Shown here piece by piece: positions 8,895 to 15,511 of a DNA stretch of 59,181 nucleotides. The notes below the pieces were generated by a model. It was not told the origin of the DNA and did not search any database. It worked only from the letters and a program-made list of their open reading frames with translations. The stretch's first letter is position 1. Each line of letters begins with the position of its first letter. Location: the NCBI GenBank assembly GCA_035574535.1, contig DATLYV010000017.1, forward strand, positions 1-59,181. The letters are read 5' to 3'. Position numbers and translations under genes: made by a program. This DNA is from Candidatus Binatia bacterium (GTDB lineage Bacteria > Chloroflexota > Limnocylindria > Limnocylindrales > CSP1-4).

Positions 8895-8981
8895 CTACGA
8901 GGTGGGCACAAATCTCCCGCTCTCGAACGCGCCATCGGGCGCGACGAGCAGCAGCCGAGCGAGCGTCGTGCAGTTGCTCAC
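8895..8981 (-). CDS. Candidate 28-codon leader/small peptide ORF (VSNCTTLARLLLVAPDGAFESGRFVPTS)
   Basis: GGAGG-N5-GTG at 8991-8979 and TAG at 8897-8895. Two hairpins and a T5 tract follow. No homology evidence. Confidence 0.3.
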   Translation of the reverse strand: MSNCTTLARLLLVAPDGAFESGRFVPTS

Positions 8982-9251
8982 ATCCACCTCCGGTAACGAC
9001 AACCGGCGCTGGGCCGGACCGACGCCGAGGCGCCGGAGCCGGGAGTCTACGGGCCGGGTCTGGCCCGTGTCAAACCGGAGCTCGGCGCTCGCTCGGCGGC
9101 CCGTTGGACCGCCGTGGCTCCGGCCCCGGCCGCGTCCGGAATGCGCCCGGCGTCGTCGCGGAATGGGCTGTTCCGCCGTCCCGCGGCGGCGTAGAGTGCG
9201 GGCGTCGCGCCGGCCCAGGGCGCCGGCGGACGGGAGAGGGAAGGAATACGC

Positions 9252-9755
9252 ATGACTGAATCGATGCCCCCCGCGCCTTCGGCACCCCCACCCCCGATGG
9301 CACCCCCGCCCCCGATGGCACCCCCGCCCGCGATGGGCCGGCCCACGGGCGCGACGGTGATCGCGGTCATCGAGACCATCCTCGCGGTCCTGCTGTTCCT
9401 GGCAGCGCTCGCGCTGATCGGGCTCAGCGGGATCGCCGGTGGTGTCATCGGCTCCGTGGACGAGCCGGGCGCGGGCGGTGTGGCCGCCATGGTCGCCGGG
9501 TTCGGGATCGTGGCGGGAATCATCGCCCTCCTGATCGGGCTGCTGTACCTGGCCATCGCCTACGGTGTCTGGAAGGGCCGCGGCTGGGCCTGGATGCTCG
9601 GCGTGGTCGTCTCGATCATCGCGATCGTCTTCGGCGTCCTCGGCCTCGCCGGCGGGATCAGCCTCGGCAACATCATCTCGCTCGCGCTGCCGATCATCGT
9701 CGTCTACTTCCTGTGGCAGCCCGACGTGAAGCGCTGGCTCGGCCGGCCCACCTGA
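9252..9755 (+). CDS. Small integral membrane protein with Pro-rich N-terminus
   Basis: GGGAGAGGGAAGGA lies upstream of the ATG. Four hydrophobic helices. N-terminal (APPPPM)x3. Confidence 0.7.
   Translation: MTESMPPAPSAPPPPMAPPPPMAPPPAMGRPTGATVIAVIETILAVLLFLAALALIGLSGIAGGVIGSVDEPGAGGVAAMVAGFGIVAGIIALLIGLLYLAIAYGVWKGRGWAWMLGVVVSIIAIVFGVLGLAGGISLGNIISLALPIIVVYFLWQPDVKRWLGRPT
9282..9335 (+). repeat. In-frame 18-nt x3 tandem repeat encoding (APPPPM)3
   Basis: Units at 9282-9299, 9300-9317 and 9318-9335, differing by 1-2 nt. Confidence 0.85.
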
Positions 9756-9842
9756 TCGACGTCTTGACCGTTCGAAGGTGACACGAACCGGCCGGGGCGA
9801 CCCGGCCGGTTCGCTTGCATTCGGGTGAGGGAGCCCTGATCG

Positions 9843-10745
9843 ATGGGCCTGGTCGATTGGCCGCCGCCCCCGGAGGCGGCAGCGGGCAAGGGTTGGCCGC
9901 CGGAGTCCGGGTCGTCCTCCGGCGAGCTGCTGGCCGGGGTCCCGTGGGCCGCGCTGACGCTGACGAACGCGTTCGAGGCGGCCTTCCGCGGGCTGGCCAA
10001 GCCGGCGCTCATCGGGCCGATCCTGCTGATCAGCTGCCTCGTCAATGTGTTCCTGGAGGCCATCGTCACGCCGGGGATCATGCGCACGATCCGGGTCACG
10101 CCGAGCGGAGTCCCATCGGTCGAGGATGTCGACCAGCTTCTGCTCCTGGCGGCGATTTCGTTCGTCGTGACGCTCCTCGGCGGGATCCTCGTGGCCGTCT
10201 ACGGGCAGGTCTGGGCCGCGGCCGCGAGCCGTGGGCCGCTGCCGAACCTCGCGGCGGCTTCGGAGCTCGCGGGGCGCCGCTGGGTGAGCCTCGTGGGCGC
10301 GTCGATCGTGGTCTCGCTCGTCGTGATCGCCGCCGTGCTCGGCCTCATGGTCGTGGTCCTGGCCGTGGTCCCACGGAACGCGGCCGCGGCGCTCCTGGTC
10401 GTGATCCCGTTCCTCGCCGCGTTCGTCTGGCTCAACGTCCGGCTGTCGATGGCGACGTGGCTCGCCGCGGACGGGAGCTCGGTCGAGGCGAGCCTGCGCG
10501 GGACGTGGCGGATCACGCGAGGGAACATGCTGCGGATCCTCGCCTGGTCCCTGGCGACGGGAATCGCCTTCGCGCTCCTGAGCGGAGGCCTCGGAGCGAT
10601 CCTCCGCGTCGTGCCGCTGATCGGCGGGGGCATCGCCCAGGGCATCTCGTACGCGCTGACCTACGGGGCCCAGGCGACGCTGTTCCGGCGGACGCTCGCG
10701 GCCTCCACTGCCGCAGAGCCGGGCACGGGAACGCCCATCGGGTAG
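9843..10745 (+). CDS. Multi-pass membrane protein, unknown function
   Basis: About 6 hydrophobic segments and consistent high-GC3 coding. No catalytic motif recognised. Confidence 0.65.
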   Translation: MGLVDWPPPPEAAAGKGWPPESGSSSGELLAGVPWAALTLTNAFEAAFRGLAKPALIGPILLISCLVNVFLEAIVTPGIMRTIRVTPSGVPSVEDVDQLLLLAAISFVVTLLGGILVAVYGQVWAAAASRGPLPNLAAASELAGRRWVSLVGASIVVSLVVIAAVLGLMVVVLAVVPRNAAAALLVVIPFLAAFVWLNVRLSMATWLAADGSSVEASLRGTWRITRGNMLRILAWSLATGIAFALLSGGLGAILRVVPLIGGGIAQGISYALTYGAQATLFRRTLAASTAAEPGTGTPIG

Positions 10746-10754
10746 GCTCGCCGG

Positions 10755-11576
10755 GTGCCTGACGACCCGGCCCGGGCGCCCGACCCGGCCCCAGCCCGCC
10801 CTCGCCCCGGCGACCCGCCGTCGCTGGTCGGGCTCGTCGCCCAGGGCGTGCTCGACGCCGAGATGGCAGCGATCGTCTGGATCCTCGTCGAGGCCCGCAT
10901 CCCGCTCGTCGTCGCGACGCCGGCCGGCCGGGTCGCCGCGGGCGCCCAGCTGCTCGCCGGCATCCTCGGCTCGATCCATCCGGACGAGGACGTGGTGTCG
11001 CTCACCGCGCCGCTGACTCCCGCGGGCGCGAGCGCGCTCGTCCGCGGCCGCCGGGCGGGTGGGGTGGTCGAAGCGGTGTCACTCGCCGAGCTGCGGGCAG
11101 GCTTCCTCCGCGGGCCGTTGCCGTTGACCAAGGACCAGCTGACGTTCCTCGGGACCGTGCTCGTGCTCGGCGAGGCCGATGCGGGCGGTGCCGCGGGCAC
11201 GGGCGGTGCTGACGCAGCGGGCAGCGGCGGCCGTCGCGGGCGCCTGCGCGTCACGGCCGCGCACTATGTCCGCCCGCTCGCGCGCGACGTCCACGGACAC
11301 GCGCAGCGCCTCGACCCCGCGGTTCTTGCGACCTGGGACGAGCGCCTCGGCCGGTACGAGCATTTCGCCTGGGGTGTCCTCCCGGAGATCGCCGCCAGGC
11401 TCGGGCGCCGCGGCGGCGACCTCGAGGCGGACCTCCACCACCGCCGCGACGACCTCGCGGGTCTCGCCAGGGCCGGCGTCACGAAGCTCGACGAGGTGCG
11501 CCGGCTCGTCGCCGGCTACCGGGTCCGCTACGACGGCGCGCATGGCGATCAACACGCGGGCCGGCCGCCGCACTAG
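10755..11576 (+). CDS. Hypothetical protein resembling a degenerate CpaF/VirB11-type secretion ATPase core
   Basis: LVAQGVLDAEMAAIVWILVEARIPLVVATPAGRVAAGAQLLAGIL parallels the region around Walker A of T2SS/T4SS ATPases. The GxxGxGKT motif is replaced by TPAGRVAAG. GTG start. Confidence 0.5.
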   Translation: MPDDPARAPDPAPARPRPGDPPSLVGLVAQGVLDAEMAAIVWILVEARIPLVVATPAGRVAAGAQLLAGILGSIHPDEDVVSLTAPLTPAGASALVRGRRAGGVVEAVSLAELRAGFLRGPLPLTKDQLTFLGTVLVLGEADAGGAAGTGGADAAGSGGRRGRLRVTAAHYVRPLARDVHGHAQRLDPAVLATWDERLGRYEHFAWGVLPEIAARLGRRGGDLEADLHHRRDDLAGLARAGVTKLDEVRRLVAGYRVRYDGAHGDQHAGRPPH

Positions 11577-11642
11577 GCTGCGCTCAAGCATCGGTCACGA
11601 TCGCGGGAGCACGCGGTCCGTGCCGAGGTTGGAGGTGCCGCG

Positions 11643-12146
11643 ATGGATCTCTTTCCGTGGCTGCTGTTCGCACACATCCTCGGGGCGATCATCGCCTTCG
11701 GGCCGTCGTTCTCGATGCCGATCATCGGGGCGATGGGTGGCCGTGAGCGGCCGCACTCGAACTTCGCGATCCGGTTGAGCGATCGGCTGGCGAAGGTCCA
11801 GATCCTGCCGCTGGCGATCCTGCAGGGCGTCACCGGAGTCGCGTTGATGGCGGTCGGCAGGATCGACCCCGTGGCGAACCTGTGGCTGCTGGTCTCGATC
11901 GTGCTCTACCTGGTCGCGCTCGGGTTCTCGCTGTTCGTCCAGACGCCCGCCGTCCGGCGGATCATCGAGCTGACGACCCCGCCCGCCGGCGGCCCGCCCA
12001 CGGGCGGACCGCCCTCCGGGGGTCCGCCTGCCGGTGGCCCGCCGCCTGAGCTGCTGGCGCTCATCCGGCGCACACGCCTCGGCGGGATGTTCATGACCGC
12101 GATGGTCGTGATCATCGTGTTCCTGATGGTGATGAAGCCGTTCTAG
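11643..12146 (+). CDS. DUF2269-like membrane protein with a (GGPPx)4 loop insertion
   Basis: GGAGG lies 7 nt before the ATG. LLFAHILGAIIAFGPSF-type N-terminus and four TM segments. Confidence 0.75.
   Translation: MDLFPWLLFAHILGAIIAFGPSFSMPIIGAMGGRERPHSNFAIRLSDRLAKVQILPLAILQGVTGVALMAVGRIDPVANLWLLVSIVLYLVALGFSLFVQTPAVRRIIELTTPPAGGPPTGGPPSGGPPAGGPPPELLALIRRTRLGGMFMTAMVVIIVFLMVMKPF
11988..12047 (+). repeat. In-frame 15-nt periodic repeat encoding GGPPT-GGPPS-GGPPA-GGPPP
   Basis: Read directly in frame at 11982-12047. Confidence 0.85.
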
Positions 12147-12197
12147 GGACCCATCTGGCAGGAGGCCGCGGACGACACCCGGCGATACCATCGGCGC

Positions 12198-13607
12198 ATG
12201 CCGACCGTTGCCAACTCCGTCCCCGACCTGCTGTCGCGCCTGACCGGCATCGTCCATCCCAAGGGCGATGGCATCGAGATCGACGACGTCGCGCGCCTGC
12301 GGGCCGACGGCATTCGCGACCTCGCCTGGACCGCCGCCTTCACCCAGGACGAGGCGACGGCCGAGGTGGCGCAGTGGCTCGTCTGGGAGGCGGCGCAGGC
12401 CCTGGGCGCCCGGTCGGCGAGCATCCACGAGCTGTACATGGCCCGGGCACGCGGCGAGGTCGCGGGGTTCACCGTCCCGGCGATCAACATCCGGGCGCAG
12501 ACGTTCGACATGGCCCGGGTCGTCTTCGAGTCGGCGCAGACGCGCGACGTGGGCGCCGTGATCCTCGAGCTGGCCCGGAGCGAGCAGACGTACACGTTCC
12601 AGCGCCCGACTGACTACGCGACCTCGGTCCTCGCGGGCGCGATCGCGGCCCATTGGACCGGGCCGGTCTTCATCCAGGGCGACCACTACCAGTTCAACGC
12701 CAAGAAGTTCGCGTCCGACCCGGAGGCGATGACCGAGGAAATCCGCCGCGCCTGCCGCCTGGCCGTCGACGCGGGCTACCGGAACATCGACATCGACGCC
12801 TCGACGCTGGTCGACCTGTCGAAGGAGGGCGAGAACGCCCAGCAGCGCGTCAACTACGAGCTCTCGGCCGAGATGGCCGCGCTCATCCGCTCGCTCGAGC
12901 CGGATGGCGTGACGATCAGCATCGGCGGCGAGATCGGCGAGGTCGGCAAGGACAACTCGACCGAGGCCGAGCTTCGCGCGTACCTCGACGGGCTCGTCGC
13001 GGAGCTCGAGAAGCGCGCGCCGGGCCTCCCCGGGGTCAGCAAGGTCAGCGTCCAGACCGGCACGTCCCACGGCGGCGTCGTCCTGCCCGACGGGACGATC
13101 GCTCAGGTCGCGGTCGACTTCGACGTCCATCGCCGGCTCGGCGAGGTCTGCCGGAACGAGTACGGCATCGCCGGCACGGTCCAGCATGGGGCCTCGACGC
13201 TGCCGGACGAGCTGTTCCACAAGTTCCGCGAGGTCGAGACGGTCGAGATCCACCTCGCGACGGGGTTCCAGAACCTGCTGTACGAGCATCCCGCGTTCCC
13301 GAAGGAGCTCCACGAGCGGGTCTCGGAATGGTGCTTCGCGAACGCGCTCGACGAGCGCAAGGAAGGCCAGACCGACCAGCAGTTCGTGTACACGACCCGG
13401 AAGAAGGCGCTCGGGCCGCTCAAGCGCGAGCTGTGGGACCTCGAGACGAAGGACGAGATCCTGGCCGCGCAGGCGAAGAAGATCTCGTTCCTGTACCACG
13501 AGCTCGGCGTCGAGGGCAGCCGTGAGATGGTCGACCGGTACGTGAAGCCGGTCCCGTGGCACCGCCCCGCGCCCGCGGCGCTCCGCGAGGCCGTCGCCGC
13601 CTCCTGA
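12198..13607 (+). CDS. Class II fructose/ketose-bisphosphate aldolase family protein (long form)
   Basis: FTVPAINI..., IQGDHYQ, IDIDAS, IGGEIGEVG, QTGTSHGG and VQHGAST blocks typical of class II aldolases. Confidence 0.8.
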   Translation: MPTVANSVPDLLSRLTGIVHPKGDGIEIDDVARLRADGIRDLAWTAAFTQDEATAEVAQWLVWEAAQALGARSASIHELYMARARGEVAGFTVPAINIRAQTFDMARVVFESAQTRDVGAVILELARSEQTYTFQRPTDYATSVLAGAIAAHWTGPVFIQGDHYQFNAKKFASDPEAMTEEIRRACRLAVDAGYRNIDIDASTLVDLSKEGENAQQRVNYELSAEMAALIRSLEPDGVTISIGGEIGEVGKDNSTEAELRAYLDGLVAELEKRAPGLPGVSKVSVQTGTSHGGVVLPDGTIAQVAVDFDVHRRLGEVCRNEYGIAGTVQHGASTLPDELFHKFREVETVEIHLATGFQNLLYEHPAFPKELHERVSEWCFANALDERKEGQTDQQFVYTTRKKALGPLKRELWDLETKDEILAAQAKKISFLYHELGVEGSREMVDRYVKPVPWHRPAPAALREAVAAS

Positions 13608-13788
13608 GGCCGCCCCGGCACGTGGCGCCCTCGAACCTGGATCGGCCGCCGCTCGGACCTCGATCAGCCACCGCGCCCGCAGCGCCGAGTCGCAACCATT
13701 CGGCGATCCCTGACGTATCTTCGTGCGTGGCGCCCGGCAGGCGCCGCGGGGCATACCGGCGCCGACTGGAACACTCGGGAGGCGTGCC

Positions 13789-14214
13789 ATGAGGACCTGC
13801 CTCATCGTGGGCAATCGAACCCTTCCCGGCGACGAGCTCGCCGCCGAGCTTCGGAAGCGCATCGCCGAGGGCGACTGCACGTTCCACGTCGTCGTGCCGC
13901 TGGCGCCCGTGTCGCATGCCGCGACCTGGGACGAGACCGAGAGCGTTGCCGCGTCCCGGCAACGCCTCGACGCGTTCCTCGAGCACCTCCGAGACATGGG
14001 CGCCGAGGCGGACGGAGAGATCGGCGACCGCGATCCGATCCAGGCGGTCCGCGACGTCCTCCGGACGCGCATCGTCGACGAGGTCATCCTGTCGACGCTG
14101 CCGCCCGGCGTCTCGCGCTGGCTCCAGCTCGACGTCCCGAGCCGGATGGCCCGCGAGATCGACGTTCCCGTCACCACCGTGACCCAGCGCGCCGGCGTCA
14201 CCGCCTCGACCTGA
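13789..14214 (+). CDS. Small conserved hypothetical protein (USP/adenine-nucleotide-alpha-hydrolase-like fold suspected)
   Basis: GGGAGG precedes ATG 13789. Sequence MRTCLIVGNRTLPGDELAAELRKRIAEGDCTFHVVVP... Trimmed from track ORF 13723-14214. Confidence 0.6.
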   Translation: MRTCLIVGNRTLPGDELAAELRKRIAEGDCTFHVVVPLAPVSHAATWDETESVAASRQRLDAFLEHLRDMGAEADGEIGDRDPIQAVRDVLRTRIVDEVILSTLPPGVSRWLQLDVPSRMAREIDVPVTTVTQRAGVTAST

Positions 14215-14278
14215 CGCGCGGGCCCGATCGCTCGAATCCGGCTGGCGCGACCGCGGTCATGTCCGTCACCATGCGGAC

Positions 14279-15244
14279 GTGACCGCCACGCCCATCGAGG
14301 AGGAGCTGCGGAGACCACTGCGCGACGACCTCACGCGCGCGCTTCGGCGTCTGCCGGAGCTGTCCCCGGAGGCTGCCCCGGAACTGACCCTCACGCCGCT
14401 CTCCGGCGGCATCACGAACCGCAACTTCCTGGTCGCCGGTGCCCTGGACGGCTCGCGCTACGTCGTCCGGCTCGCCGGGAACGACACGCACCTCCTCGGG
14501 ATCAGCCGCGAGGTCGAGCACGCCGCGACAGTCGCGGCCGCGGGCGTCGGCGTCGGTCCGGAGGTCGTGGCGTTCCTCCGCCCGGAGGGCTACCTCGTCA
14601 CCCGCTTCATCGAGGGCCGGCCCGTGCCGGAGGCGGAGATCCGCTCCTCGCCGGCGCTGCTCGCCGATGTCGCCGATGCGCTGCGCCGGATCCACAGCGG
14701 CCCGCCGATCCCGGGCCTGTTCGTGCCGTTCCGGATCGTCGAGGCGTATCGCGCGCTGGCGTCGGCCCGCGGCGTCGCGATCCCGCCCGAGTACGACCTC
14801 GCCCAGGCGATCGCCCGTCGCATCGAGCTCGCGTGCCTGACGTCGGCGGTCGAGCTGCGGCCGTGCCACAACGACCTCCTGAACGCCAACTTCATCCACG
14901 ACGGGGCACGGATCAGGATCGTCGACTGGGAGTACGCCGGGATGGGCGACCCATTCTTCGACCTCGGGAACTTCTCGATCAACCACGAACTCGATCGGGA
15001 CGGCGACGCGGCCCTCCTCGAGGCCTACGCCGGCGAAGTTCGACCGTCGGCCCTCGCCCGGCTCACGCTGATGCGGGTGCTGTCCGACTTCCGCGAGGCG
15101 ATGTGGGGCGTCCTCCAGCAGGGCATCTCGACGCTCGAGGTCGACTTCGTCGCGTACGCGGCCGAGCACTTCGACCGCCTGCTCGTCGTCGCGGGCGGCG
15201 CGGCGTTCGAGCGCGCGCTCCGCGAGGCCGCCGAGGCGTCGTGA
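14279..15244 (+). CDS. Choline/ethanolamine-kinase-family phosphotransferase
   Basis: LSGGITNRNF, Brenner motif CHNDLLNANFI, and choline-kinase motif IVDWEYAGMGDPFFDLGN. Confidence 0.8.
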   Translation: MTATPIEEELRRPLRDDLTRALRRLPELSPEAAPELTLTPLSGGITNRNFLVAGALDGSRYVVRLAGNDTHLLGISREVEHAATVAAAGVGVGPEVVAFLRPEGYLVTRFIEGRPVPEAEIRSSPALLADVADALRRIHSGPPIPGLFVPFRIVEAYRALASARGVAIPPEYDLAQAIARRIELACLTSAVELRPCHNDLLNANFIHDGARIRIVDWEYAGMGDPFFDLGNFSINHELDRDGDAALLEAYAGEVRPSALARLTLMRVLSDFREAMWGVLQQGISTLEVDFVAYAAEHFDRLLVVAGGAAFERALREAAEAS

Positions 15245-15279
15245 GCGCGCCTATCGCGGCGCCGCCTCGGGCGCTGGTT

Positions 15280-15438
15280 GTCGACTGCAGCCGACATCGA
15301 GCGCTCGGGAGAGTCGGCCGAGCGCCATCGCGCCGCCTCGGGCGCTGGTTGTCGGCGACAGCCGACAAGCGTCGCTCGGAGGGCCGGGTTCTCGGCACCC
15401 GCCGGCGGTTGCTTCGACGGATGTCGGCTCCGGCCGAC
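15280..15438 (+). promoter_or_regulatory. Three phased GTCGRC-N4-GCCGAC inverted repeats in the leader of the DMGDH-like gene
   Basis: Sites at 15280-15295, 15351-15366 and 15423-15438, with spacings of 71 and 72 bp. The first two lie inside a 71-bp direct repeat sharing a 23-nt identical core (15261-15283 and 15332-15354). Confidence 0.5.
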
Positions 15439-15511
15439 GAGAGCCGACGACCGCCGACGGATACGGGCGCTCCGCAACTCGTTACGCTCGGGATGAGGAG
15501 GGAGAGCCACC

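Noticed and set aside
8895-10979. 694-aa minus-strand ORF
   Set aside because: It is antisense to three plus-strand membrane/hypothetical genes. Only its last 28 codons, with their own SD and GTG, are considered, and then only as a tentative leader peptide.
11595-14318. 907-aa ORF on the minus strand
   Set aside because: It is antisense to the DUF2269-like, aldolase-family and USP-like genes. It is Arg/Asp/Leu/Gly-rich with no motifs, while the plus-strand products have family signatures and SD-start geometry.
15245-15511. Glycine riboswitch (tandem aptamers) upstream of the GcvT-domain gene
   Set aside because: The tandem repeat and a CTCGGGAGAG-like element prompted the idea. The conserved aptamer cores (…GCCGAAGGGGCAA… and CUCAGGCAAAAGGAC-type) are not present. 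It is kept only as an unexplained repeat/palindrome array.
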